The notes below the pieces were generated by a model, which saw nothing but the letters and a program-made list of their open reading frames with translations, did not search any database and was not told the origin of the DNA. DNA of 64,000 nucleotides from Minutocellus sp. GHC0000111 (Eukaryota). Positions 1-10,890 of the stretch are shown here, in pieces. The stretch's first letter is position 1. Every line of letters starts with the position of its first letter. The DNA lies in NCBI GenBank assembly GCA_977018835.1, contig OZ361258.1, positions 1,488,001 through 1,552,000 on the forward strand. Reading direction: 5' to 3'. A program made the translations under genes and the position numbers.

Positions 1-87
1 GTGGCTTGATACGCACAGCGTTTTATTTCATTATTTCTTCATAACTAGGATTACCTCGCCGAATGATGAACGGATCTACTTGCGAGG

Positions 88-1074
88 GTGCTGTGCTGGC
101 TGCTTTTCCCTTCGGTCTCTTCATCACGTGCCAATGCCAATGATGAAACTGCCCCCGAATCTCTGAGTGACGATTGCCTCTATCATATCTTGCTTCTCGC
201 CGGGCCAAGGGCATCGGTAACCCTTGGCCTTACATATTCGTATGCATACAACAAAGTGTTTTCGTCCCTCGTGACCAGCTCTCGAGTTTGGAAGGTGTTT
301 GCCAACCAGAGATGGGGTAAAGCATGTGCGCAATTTATATCGGACGCCGATATCAGTGATCCCGCCGCCACTGGCACTAGTAGAAATGCAGGCGAAGAAG
401 ACGACGCGCCCTCACCATCGTCAGCGTCGCCATGGTATGGCTACTACCGCCAGCGATGCTCGTCATTTCCAAACCGTCCAAAACAGATTTCGCACCTCGA
501 TCTCATCCAAGAGCACTATGCATCCGACCCGTATCGCCTCCTTACTGTATGCATTCTGTGCTCTCGAACCAGCGGTGGTTACCTTGTCAGAACCACCGCA
601 GGACAATTTCTGGAAAAATATCCGACGCCCACATCTGTGCTGGAAGAGGAGGATATGGATGCCATGGCGAAATTGCTTCATCCTCTGGGTCTGAACCGAG
701 AACGGACGATGAAGCGATTTGTACACGACTTCCTTGGTCCGTGGACCGATGTCAAGGAGCTGCATGGATGCGGCCTTTTTGCCAAGGCTAGCTTTGACGT
801 CTTTTGTCGAGGAGACTATAAGGCAGTTTTGAAGGACAAGAAAGCCGATCGGAATGTCAAGGCGTATGCTGCCTTCGTTAGGCGGCTGCTTGCCAATGGT
901 GGAGACGAGGAAGCCGGGGCGATGGAGGAGGCCGAAGCAATGGAGGAGGAGATGAAAAGGAAGGCGAAGGAGGCAAAGAAACGTAAGCCACCCCGAGATC
1001 GGAGCAAGCCGATACCGGCCAAGAAGAAGCAGAGAGCGGGGACACGGAAATCGCCTAGGAACTCTAAGAAATGA
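88..1074 (+). CDS. MBD4: MBD4-like HhH-GPD DNA glycosylase with N-terminal F-box-like segment; 5' end not resolved (no early in-frame ATG, upstream exon likely)
   Basis: LIQEHYASDPYRLLTVCILCSRTSG...YPTP...LHPLGL...ELHGCGLFAKASFDVFC...KADRNVKAY matches the MBD4 glycosylase domain. SLSDDCLYHILLL...W...WYGYYRQR is F-box-like. The C-terminal tail is basic and NLS-like. Confidence 0.8.
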   Translation: MLCWLLFPSVSSSRANANDETAPESLSDDCLYHILLLAGPRASVTLGLTYSYAYNKVFSSLVTSSRVWKVFANQRWGKACAQFISDADISDPAATGTSRNAGEEDDAPSPSSASPWYGYYRQRCSSFPNRPKQISHLDLIQEHYASDPYRLLTVCILCSRTSGGYLVRTTAGQFLEKYPTPTSVLEEEDMDAMAKLLHPLGLNRERTMKRFVHDFLGPWTDVKELHGCGLFAKASFDVFCRGDYKAVLKDKKADRNVKAYAAFVRRLLANGGDEEAGAMEEAEAMEEEMKRKAKEAKKRKPPRDRSKPIPAKKKQRAGTRKSPRNSKK

Positions 1075-1168
1075 ATAAGTTTATTCAAGTTTTACAAAAT
1101 TTTATGTTGCATAGCTCGCGCTTTAGCTTGTACATGGTGGATAATCTGGAATTTGGTTGACCAAATCC

Positions 1169-1606
1169 TCACATCACCACACATTTATTGCTGATTGTCT
1201 CCTGTTGTTTTCGTATTTCTACCTTCATCTTATTGATTGAGTTGCTCCGAAGTCGACCTAAACTCTGAAACGACGAGTCCAAATCAGTGGCAGCATCATC
1301 GGCATCACCTTCCGATTCATCCTTTTCGGTGAGAAATAACACCAGCTCCTTTTCATCACCCTGCAAGGTTTCATCAGGATCAACGCCCACGCATGCCTCC
1401 GATACCGGCAATTCGTCCTCGTCGAGCAGATATCCGTGCCAAAAGAGTCGATGATGGTCCAGCACAACCTCGATCGGTATTTCGCAGTGGGTGGCAATCA
1501 TGTGCTTCACATCTCCAATAGCTATTTTTTTAATGTCCTGCTCCCCAAGGTCGATGCTCCCATCTTGTAATATTGACAGTGCTGAGCGGACGTACAGTCG
1601 GGTCAT
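1169..1606 (-). CDS. Ubiquitin-like domain protein with C-terminal CaaX box (CVVM)
   Basis: RLYVRS...IGDVKHMIA...IP...HRLFWHGYLLDED is a ubiquitin beta-grasp pattern. The ORF ends ...NKCVVM-stop. Confidence 0.65.
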   Translation of the reverse strand: MTRLYVRSALSILQDGSIDLGEQDIKKIAIGDVKHMIATHCEIPIEVVLDHHRLFWHGYLLDEDELPVSEACVGVDPDETLQGDEKELVLFLTEKDESEGDADDAATDLDSSFQSLGRLRSNSINKMKVEIRKQQETISNKCVVM

Positions 1607-2234
1607 TTTTTGTTAGCCGCGGTGGTGGCGAGGTGATGGGGAATTGAATGAGAGCGAATGGCTGTAAGGCTCGAACGGACAAAACTGGTAAACGGTCACT
1701 TGCGGGTATCCTTTTCTTTGTCTCTGCAAAGCAACCTTTTCGCTCGGTATCCGTGCAGCGCTTCAACCGAGAGCAGCAGGAAGTAGAGAGGCACGTGATG
1801 TGTTGTGGTTTGAACCAGCCAGGTGGATGGCCGGGCGGTTTGAACTGCGGGCCGGCAGTCAAAAGTTTGCGGGATCAACTCTGGTCCCGCTTTTACTTCT
1901 CTGTACGTAGCTTCATCCTTGCCACATCATGCATGGCCACCGCACCGAACGGCCGGTCGAAAGTAACATTCGCTCGGTTCGGTTGTATCTCCCGTCGCCC
2001 GTCTTGGTAGCAGCAGCGCATTCATCGTGTTCCAGCCCTGCTGCGTGCTTTTCGATCGGGAGCTTCGACCAGTATCTGCTACGCACTTCTCGCTCTCTGT
2101 CGACTACTCACTTTCAATCTACAGAAAGCAGCACATCGGTCCAGGCACAAATTGTGTTCTTTTTGTGTCCGTGTTCTTTTCCAAACGCATTTAGCTAGCT
2201 TTCTTCTTTGATAATACGGCATTGCATCGAAACC

Positions 2235-3485
2235 ATGAGACGACCAGCCGATCAAGCCAAGCTGTTATTTCTGGCGTTGCTGCGCTCTTCGGCAGCTCTT
2301 GCGACCGGCAGTCGAGAGGGTACCAAGCTGGCCGCCGCCGCTGCCGCGACGGCCTCCCGAACGGCTGGAGTGTCTCCGTCAGCGGCCACGGCTGGTGCCG
2401 ACCGACTCCTCGATGGGCACATTGCTCTCCGCGTGGCGCGGCGGAGCGACGTGCCGCATATTCAGCAGTGCAACCTGGCAACATTGCCCGAAAACTATTC
2501 CGCCACCTTCTATCACAATCACATGCGTCAGTGGCCGGACCTGGCGCTCGTGGCCGAACACGTACCATCGGGATGCATGCCGTCTCGGCCAACTGCTGCC
2601 GATGCGGCTCCTGTTGGGTCTATCAGGGCAATGCATGGCTCGCCGAACTTTGGTGTGCGTGGAACTAGTGGTCGATACGACCCTCAGGAGCGAATCGATG
2701 AAAATCAGGACGAAAATCTGTCCGATGATGGCCGACGGATCGTCGGTTATGTCCTAGGAAAGGTCGAGCAGAATGTGTACACCTCCAGCCGCAACAACGT
2801 CAACAGCAACAACGGAAGGCCACGGAATGGAATTCTCCGCACCCTGCCCCCGTCAACGGTACTAGATGAAGACGACGAGCGAAGTCTCTTCGAGGCCATG
2901 TCGGCCAGCCTCCGACGGGAGACGGAGAACCTCGGTCATGTTACCAGCCTCGCCGTCCTCAAGGACTATCGGAGGATGGGACTGGCAGCCGAGTTGATGG
3001 AGCAGCTGCACTATCACATGAGACATGCCTACCAGGCCGATGCAGTTGGTCTGCACGTGAGGGTGTCCAACCGAGCCGCCACACGATTGTATGGCGACAT
3101 GCTGAATTATGACGTGCACGATATCATCCAGCACTACTATCAGGACGGAGAAGACGCCTACTTTATGCGCAAGGATCTGAACAAGGAGGATTCCAGACAA
3201 CAAATTCCTTCTCGTACCGACGATATCACCACCTACGGACGAGTATCGTCTCGGATTCGAAGTAAAATTGGTAATTTCGGTGCGTTCCGATCTCGAAACA
3301 GGCCCTTCTGGGAGGTTGGACCGGAGGAATTACGATTGCCTCGGCTCGTTGCCGACTTGGAGGCATCTTCCGCATCGGCAGGTAAGGTCATCGATGCACC
3401 GTCTGTGACGTCCACGGTCGCATCGGAGGATGCCGATCTTGAAGACATTGAAGAGGAGCAGCAAGTCATGTCGGGAGCCGTTTAA
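2235..3485 (+). CDS. NAA10: NAA10/ARD1-like N-alpha-acetyltransferase (GNAT) with N-terminal signal-peptide-like extension
   Basis: Motifs IQQCNLATLPENY...WPDLALVAE, IVGYVLGK, GHVTSLAVLKDYRRMGLA, LHVRVSNRAA, YYQDGEDAYFM. ATG at 2235, hydrophobic LLFLALLRSSAALA leader. Confidence 0.85.
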   Translation: MRRPADQAKLLFLALLRSSAALATGSREGTKLAAAAAATASRTAGVSPSAATAGADRLLDGHIALRVARRSDVPHIQQCNLATLPENYSATFYHNHMRQWPDLALVAEHVPSGCMPSRPTAADAAPVGSIRAMHGSPNFGVRGTSGRYDPQERIDENQDENLSDDGRRIVGYVLGKVEQNVYTSSRNNVNSNNGRPRNGILRTLPPSTVLDEDDERSLFEAMSASLRRETENLGHVTSLAVLKDYRRMGLAAELMEQLHYHMRHAYQADAVGLHVRVSNRAATRLYGDMLNYDVHDIIQHYYQDGEDAYFMRKDLNKEDSRQQIPSRTDDITTYGRVSSRIRSKIGNFGAFRSRNRPFWEVGPEELRLPRLVADLEASSASAGKVIDAPSVTSTVASEDADLEDIEEEQQVMSGAV

Positions 3486-3717
3486 AAGGAGCGACTCTCT
3501 TTTTTTGCCGCAACGTCTTTTATATCAAATCCATTGTGAATCATAGAGTACCACTATAACTTAACCAAGCACCAATTTTGATGATGCGATGCGCATCGTA
3601 TTCCTTCCAGCTAGCATGATATGCTAATATTGCACGCCGATTCAAAAGTTTCCTCGTCTTTGACTCTTTCTCAAATAATGCAAATGCCGATTGATTCGAA
3701 ATACTCCATCACCTGGT

Positions 3718-4550
3718 TTACTCCTTCTCAACTGCAGGGCCCAAAACCTCGAGAAGTTCAAGAGTGAAAACAAGGACAGCACCTCCGGGAATCTGAGCCC
3801 CCGCTCCGCGATCGCCATAGCCGAGCTCAGATGGGATGTAAAGCTCCCACTTGCCACCCTCGCGCATGAGCTGCATCGCCTGTGCGTATGGGAGGATAGC
3901 GATTTTGCAAGAGAGAATTATTAAATCGATAATATTCTTTCATATCACATGGAGTTATTGAAATTGCACAGATAAACGAGCTGGGGTTGGTAGATGTATA
4001 CTCACTTCTGTCCAGCCTTTGATAACCTGGTTGGGTGCAAAAGTCAGAGGCTGTCCGCGCTTGTAGGACGAGTCGAATTCGCTTCCATCAATTAATGTGC
4101 CAGAGTAGTGACACTTGCAAGGAGTTGATATCATAGGCGTCTTGCCTGTTCCTGGAGTAATTTCGCGGTAGCGCAAGCCAGATTCGAGCTTGACGACGCC
4201 CTCCTCCTGATCCTTCTTCGCCAGCCACGCGAGACCTTCGGCGGACGTACCAGCGAGGGCAGTCGAAGCCAGGAAGAGGATGCCAACGAAACCAGTGAAG
4301 ATCGTGCGGAACTAAAAATTTGATACATCGGATGAAGAGAAGCACAGGTGAGAAAACAACGATAATGCCGACGGTGAGTGGATAAAATACCGCCCAGTAC
4401 GAGTTGATAGATGTCCGTCCATTTATTTCATGATCCTCCACTTGGAGACACGCATCCTCGTGGGACACCAGAAGTAGCTAGATGCAGGCAAGATCACACA
4501 GAAGGTGCGAAACATAATGCAAACGATGGTGCGGCAGACGGCCGCACCAT
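3718..4550 (-). CDS. Secretory FKBP-type peptidyl-prolyl isomerase (Mip/FkpA-like), 3 exons: 4550-4548 (ATG only), 4311-4006, 3879-3718
   Basis: Spliced translation gives MFRTIFTGFVGILFLASTALA (signal)...SGLRYREI...CHYSGTLIDGSEFDSSYKRGQPLTFAPNQVIKGWTE/AMQLMREGGKWELYIPSELGYGDRGAGAQIPGGAVLVFTLELLEV. GT-AG introns at 4547-4312 and 4005-3880. The first micro-exon is inferred. Confidence 0.85.
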
Positions 4551-4638
4551 CGTTAGTACTACTTTCCGAGTGGGCTCACCATTGTGCTGAAGATTTATCA
4601 CGAGCGAGGAGCGAGGCGCGCCGGCGAGGGCTGTCTCG

Positions 4639-4852
4639 GGGACCGGGACCAGATGCTTCAAAAACGGGATCACGACACACGTGGATGGCGATCGCGAGAC
4701 CAGCCTCGAAGCCCCATGCCCATCCCATTTCATGAAAAACCCGACCAAAACCAAAAGGCCAAGCCATGCCTCGCTTTAGCGATCAGTGGGTCGTCGATCG
4801 GACCCTGTTCGAGTTCGCGACGGGTGGTTCCTGCGCCTGCTGCGGCTTCTCC
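4639..4852 (+). pseudogene. Truncated duplicate of the upstream region and first 29 codons of the gene at 20317
   Basis: Aligns with 20192-20403. ATG 4766 gives MPRFSDQWVVDRTLFEFATGGSCACCGFS, identical in protein, then diverges and stops at ~4885. Confidence 0.85.
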
Positions 4853-5479
4853 GCAACTTGTCTGCTGGCAATTTGTCGTCGCTAGAGAGTGCGATAAAAA
4901 CTGTGATAATCTGATCAGTTTTTGGTGCCATGGACGATCTGTCCGAAGAGGAGGGGGAAGGCGAGTTGAAGGGATGAAATCTCTGCATCTCAGCCTCTCA
5001 TGTATGTAGTGAATAAAAGGATACTAGTAATTGTGCATGCCTTCTTCTTGCGAACAGCTCCGTTGCTCTCTCTTTCTTCTCTTTTTTGGGCGCGATCGAT
5101 CTCTCCTGCTGCTGCTGGCCTCTCCTAATGGGTGTCAGTACTTTTTTGTGAGAAGTGATCGATAGATCTACATGTAGATCTCTATTACTTTTCCCACGCA
5201 TGCAGGCTGCGCGCTGGCCAGGCCTCCTGCTCGCAAGTAACAATGTCCATAGACTTGCTATAGTAGATCTATGTCTGATCACAGCCAGCCGCCCCCCTGG
5301 GGGGTCCTCGGGGCTTTACTAGCAGGAATTCCTAGTTTGAAGAGCAAACGATGCACCTAGGTTACATCTAGCGCGTGCCGTAGACTCTGCCGGTGGTCTT
5401 TCCGTTCGATGATCCAGAAAGATGATCTGATGAGAGGGATGAGGCAGAAATCTGATGATGAGAGAGGGATGAGGAGAGG

Positions 5480-5632
5480 AGGAGCAGACGCCGCCGTGGC
5501 AGACAACAGCTCCATTGCTAGTGCACGCACCTTGCCTGCGTCTTCCGGATTATCAAACGCACCAACTGTTGTTCTGTTCTTTCCACCACATTTGATTCTG
5601 GCATCAAAACTTTGTCGGCCGACCTTTTGCAC
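5480..5632 (-). pseudogene. AP2/ERF-like DNA-binding domain remnant in decayed repeat DNA
   Basis: FDARIKCGGKNRTTVGAFDNPEDAGKVRALA resembles the AP2 pattern. It is flanked by direct repeats GGCAGAAATCTGATGATGAGAGAGGGATGAG at ~5443 and ~5700. Confidence 0.35.
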
Positions 5633-6219
5633 CCCCCACCGGCAAGCTGCTAATGCGGTTCTTGGGGGCAGAATGCTTCTTGACCCTGCCTAGTCTAGAG
5701 GCAGAAATCTGATGATGAGAGAGAGGGATGAGACGGCGGCGTCTCATCCAAAAGGCCCACATGTGACGACGAAAAGACGCTCCATCAGGGAGTGCAATGA
5801 AGCAAGATGGGGCCGGGTGCCCTCCAAGACAGACTGTCGTCACCGCTTGGGGGGGGTGGGCGCGGCCCATCTAGCAATGAGAGGGTGTGAGTTTTTTTTG
5901 TTCCAATGTTATAGGTCGACGAATAAACACATGTTCCACGCTTATTTCCGTCGATTTTGTCGCTGCTTGCTCTCTCTCGCATTATTTTGTAGCAGAAAAA
6001 TCTGCAAAACACAGAGGCGATGCCAACAACTTGAACGGCTGGCTGTTGCAGGCAGATCGTGTTTCAGCCAAAAAGACTGGCAGGCTCGCCAAAACACTCG
6101 CCAAATGGTCCCGTTCTACTAAGTGGTGCAAGCAGGTGCTCCCCGCCGTCGAGTTTGGATTTGACTTACTTTTTAATTTAATAAAAAGGGAGTGCTTCTT
6201 CAGATTCAATGACGCGCTC

Positions 6220-6460
6220 CAGCATGTCAAACAACGGCTCTCCAGCATGTCAAACATCAAATGGTCGCCGAAAGTTCCAGCATTTCAACTCGATCCGCAG
6301 CACATCACAAAACGACCAGCATGTCAATCCGTGTAGCAGCAATCAAACCGCAGCGGCAGCACATCAAACCGCAGCGTCAAGATTGCGCATTTTTTCAATT
6401 GCGTGTCATTTCAGCTTTGTCAAGCAGTGCCGCAAAATCAGCATGTCAAACCTCACCATC
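6220..6460 (+). repeat. Degenerate minisatellite A (core CAGCATGTCAAACC), left flank of the Copia element
   Basis: Recurrent cagcatgtcaaac / cagcacatcaaacc units. The same motif occurs reverse-complemented at 11944-12240. Confidence 0.7.
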
Positions 6461-6643
6461 TGCTAAGAGGTCCTAAAGCTAAGCTAGATAGACATAGCTA
6501 GTAGAGGTTAATAGGACCTACGCAGATGAAAAATGGGCCATCGGAGATGTCGTTGGCCCATGGATCAACGGTCAGGAGAGGGCACTGAGTCAGTGGTCTG
6601 ATCACCGTACGTATGTATACGTACGTATCCCACGGCATCAACA
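6461..6643 (-). repeat. 3' LTR (183 bp, TGTTGATGCC...TCTTAGCA on the minus strand)
   Basis: Matches 12267-12465 with 4 substitutions and 3 small indels. Preceded by the PPT (6654-6644) and followed by GATGG (6460-6456). Confidence 0.92.
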
Positions 6644-6706
6644 CACCCTCGCAGATCAATGACTAGTGCCATTGAATCTACATGTAGAGTCCTAATTGGA
6701 ATCTGT

Positions 6707-9700
6707 CTACATGTAAGCAGACTGGTCGCATGTCGACATGGTAGCGGGCGGGATGGTGCTTTGTAAAATAATCGGCCAAATTTTTTCGCTCCTTTCCGCC
6801 AGCACACACCTGGAATTGTCGTTGCTCTGTGTGCGATCTTGGACCCAGTAGAATCTCATGTCCATAGCCTTAGACCGTCTTTGCTTGACGGTTTTATTGG
6901 CGATTCCAGATGCTGTAGAGTTGTCAACGACGATAGCAGTAGGGGGCTGCGGGTGACCCATTTCTTCTAGTGCTGCCCGGATTGGTGCTGCATCTTTCAT
7001 GTTGTTGAAAAATAGTCCTCCCAATTCGGCTTCAGCGGCTGAGGACATTGCATGCTTGATGACATTGGCATCATTGACGAGGATGGCTCCATTCATTGGT
7101 GGCATGGGATCACTTGAGTCAGGCTGGCGGTGCGGGTCCTTAGGTCGGGAGCTTAGGTAGAAGCACCCTCCGAGCTTGCTTCTTGATTTCGGGGCTGATA
7201 AGTAGGAGGCGTCGCTATGTGCATGTAGGATCATGTCTGACTTGACGCATCGAATGACTGCGTCGGGATGGGTTGCAAGGTAATCTAGAAGCTTCTTGGC
7301 ATCTTGTCGAGTGCGCTCGGTAGCTTTGGATTGTTCCGCTGAGATATGCTATTGAGCGCCGGTAAAATTGTTGAATCAATTGCTCGACCATAGCACAAGG
7401 AGCTGCCCACCACCTGTTGAATTTCGTTGATGCCTTTGGCGTCGAGTGGTGGTGAGTCGTCTTCCGGTTCTGGCAGCTGGGGTCCCGGGCCACACGTCGG
7501 ACGATTCCATCGATATGGCGCATGCTCGGGCCGTGAGGGGCGGTCGTGTTGGAACTTGTGGCGCATCTCCTTGACGTAGTTAGGCATAGATAGATCCACC
7601 CATTTGGCCTCGTAGTTCCACTCGAGTTGAACACCACAATGAAGTCGGCCTTCCCAATCGGTAGTGATCTTATACTTGGAGTTGAGGGCCTGAATGAGAT
7701 GGTCTGCATGCTCTTTCCCGACACACTTTACTCCAAAATCGTCAACGGTTAGGCAAAAGGCAATTGGGCGGGTTTTGTGCCTCCAAAGGCCGGCAGCACG
7801 CTTGCAAGGGAAACAGCCATGGGGTTTGAGATGCTTGACAAGTTGATCGTAGGCTAGGCGCCCTGCCTGGGGTAATCCATGCATTCCGCCATCGATTCTG
7901 ACCAACACTCGACCATTCTTTACTTTGTCGTGGAGGTCGTAGGCTTCCATGACTTCGTCGGGGATGAGAGCTACTGGCGCCCACATCCATTCTGGCTCTG
8001 GCATGGTGCTGTTGAGATGGAAGTCACTGATGTCAATTCCCATGAAACGAGCGTTGTCTGTAGAGATGACGCTGTTGAAAAGTAACTTTGCAGTCAACAT
8101 TTCAGCGGTCGGGGTCGAGACTGCAACAGGGTAATGAATTTTGTCGCCTCCTGCAGTCCATCGAACTCGATTGGGATTTGGTTTATGGGAGCGATAGTCG
8201 GCGACAATGCGGAGGTATGTGGCTTTTTTCCCCCGAGGCAGTTCGGACCAGTGGACGAAAGCCATTGTGTTGGAGGGAATGCTAGCATTGTTTCCAACTC
8301 GGCCGTCCGTTAGCCGTCCAATTTCATCGATGTTTGCTTGAATGAATTGGTCCCTCATGTTCGTTTTGAGGAGGTCGCGGTGTTCAAGCATTGCACCAGC
8401 ATCGGGATGGACGACGGCGTTAGCAAAGTGTTGGAGGTTTGGTAAAGGCGAGAAAGCTGCCATGTTGGCCACGTGGTGGGTGCTACGACGAGATGATGGC
8501 CGTGGGGGAGGGTTCCGATGTGGAATGTGCCCTCGCTGACGGCATGATCGTCGTCGAGGTGGTTTGGCGGTCGATGGTTTGGACTTGCTTGTCGATTTTG
8601 CTGGAGCTGGTAATGTTGGAGTGGCATCGATCGTTGGAGACTTGCGTTTACGTTGCCGACGGGAGGTGGGGGCATTGGAACTTTGATTGGATGTTGCGAC
8701 GGTTGCATCGTCGTCATGACTATCATCATCGTCGCCGTTGGGCTCGTCTGCTGCAGCCAAAGGATTGCAGTAGTTGGAAGAAACTGACGAGCGAGGTGGC
8801 GCGTTGGATCGACGTGATCGACGGTTTTTTGTGGTGGCTGCATCATGTGTGGAGGATTTTGCCACCCTCGGAGGTTGCTGGGGCTGAGGTAACGGAGCGT
8901 TGGGGTTGGAGACAAGGTGACGGCCTACTTCAGTCTCGTTCATCTCTTCTACGTCGTCGTCCTCGTATTTGATTTTGTAGTACTTATGCTTCTTGTCAAA
9001 TGCAACGACTCTACCCTTGTAATTGCGATCTCCAAACACTTTGGCGACGATGGTACCGAGGCGGAATCGTTGGGAGTCGTCATCGTTCTCCAGCACCCTC
9101 GGAGCTGCGGTTGTCTGCATCGTCTCATCAGAGGCGGAGGTGGCAGATTCTGCTGGGGTCGCGCTGTTGAAAATCTCGGAGAGCTTTTCTAAAGCTTGAC
9201 GATGCTCGTCTCGAAGGGGAGCAAGGGGTGCCGCTGGATGTGGATTCTGTAGAGCGTGCAGGAGTTCATGAGCTGCGACCATTGCTGCATCGGCCGACGA
9301 CGTTTTGGGCACCGGAATCACTTTGGGGAGCCAGACGAGTGTGTTGCCAGTGCGTTCCGCCCGAGTTTCCTCAATCCAAACCTTGTAACACCGGTAGTGT
9401 TCCATGGCTGGACCGACATAGTGCCCATCAACGCCATGCGGGGACCAAGAGCCGCGTGCCGAGGGCATCTCGTGAAAGATGACCTTGCATCCGAGGGGGC
9501 CGAGAGGCGTGCGATTGAAATCAAAGCCGCCATTGAGTTGCTCGTGCGCTGATAGTCGAGGGTTGACTCGGGATGCTCTCAGGAAATTGAGGGTCATTAC
9601 CGCCTGCTCCAGCAATTTATCCCACAAGATGAGGGGAAAGTCGGGATCGGTGCCACAGAGAATCGCAATGAAATGATTCTTAAAGGTTCGAATGGCTCGT

Positions 9701-10890
9701 TCGGCCGCATTTCGGCGGTGGGAGTGCGTTGGGGTCAATTGAAAATCTACATCCTTTTCTTCCATGAACTCCTTCAGCTCTCGACTCACTTCATTATCCA
9801 ATCGTTGCAATTTTGGGCGAAATCCTCGCTTGGAGAGGCATTCGAAAATAGTTTGGTGCGCTCGGCGCATTTCCGTTCCCGATCGGCTTTTCATTGGTTC
9901 GGCCAAGATGCTGTTGGAGTCATGGTCATAGGCGACCATTGTGCACTGGTGGCCAGAAATAGACGACACCAAGAAACGGCCGGGCTGATCTGAGAAGATC
10001 TGGCCCGTTGTGTCATGACAATCAGCAAAGACATAGTTGGTGCGCTGTTGGTGTTGTGCCGGGTGGAGATCCTGCTCGGTTTCGTCCACCCCAGGGAGAG
10101 ATTTTGGCGCAGCCATCGACCGTTTGGGCTTGGTCGACCTGATGTTCTTGCGCTGCTGGTCTAAGTGACCTTTAATCATCGGCATCGACTGTGGCATGTG
10201 CTTACGTACAAGCTTTGATGTGAGGCCTGACCAAGATCTATAAAATCCCGCATCGATTGCTTTGCACCAGGTAGATGGCTGAGGACTGCCAGCGCACCAA
10301 TGTAAAAAGGCTACACGTTCCGGAACCGTCTCCTGGGCAATTGCGGCGTTGGCAGCATGTTGGATGACGTTGGGGCCGGGGAGCGGCGACATGGTGGGCG
10401 AGCAATTAAGATCTACCATCCACAATTTCGTTGAGGGGTCTCGTTCACCTTGCAAAATGACGGTGTTGTCCTTGGCGATGACTACCGAATCCTTGTCGAA
10501 AGTGGCAATGCATCCATCGTCACACAGCTGCCCAATCGATAGGAGCGATGACGCCACATTATTGAAAATATAGGCCTTGCTAGCCGATGGGGAAACCCCA
10601 GGGAGGCGAAGCGTGGCCTCGTGGGTGTTCGTCATTGTGCTGTTATCCGGAAGGGTGACGCTGATAGGAATTGCTGTCTGTTGGACGTTGAAAATGGGGC
10701 CGTCGTGCGACAGGCATTGGGGCTTCTGGACAAAATGTCCCGTCGTTCCAGCATCTGCTGTGAGGACGATTGGCTCTTGAGTTGGAGGTTTGCTTTTTGA
10801 CGTAAGAAAAGCTAACGAAGGCGGGGAGGAGGTGGATTCAGACATGCCATCCTCTGTTTTACACTGATTAATGTCCACCGTCCCTCCCGC
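6707..10890 (-). pseudogene. Copia pol (protease, integrase, Tudor-like domain, RT, RNase H), frameshifted near 7340
   Basis: PR ADAGTTGHF; IN FSDQPGRF / QRLDNE / NAAERAIRTFKNHF; RT GMHGLPQAG / CLTVDDFGVK; RH HSDASYLS / SSAAEAELG / IVVDNSTA / KAMDMRFYW. Confidence 0.92.

Noticed and set aside
781..795. MBD4-like protein as a pseudoenzyme (AKAS where MBD4 has GNDS)
   Set aside because: The catalytic Asp of MBD4 lies in the downstream PEDHKL motif, which aligns with the retained KADRNV.
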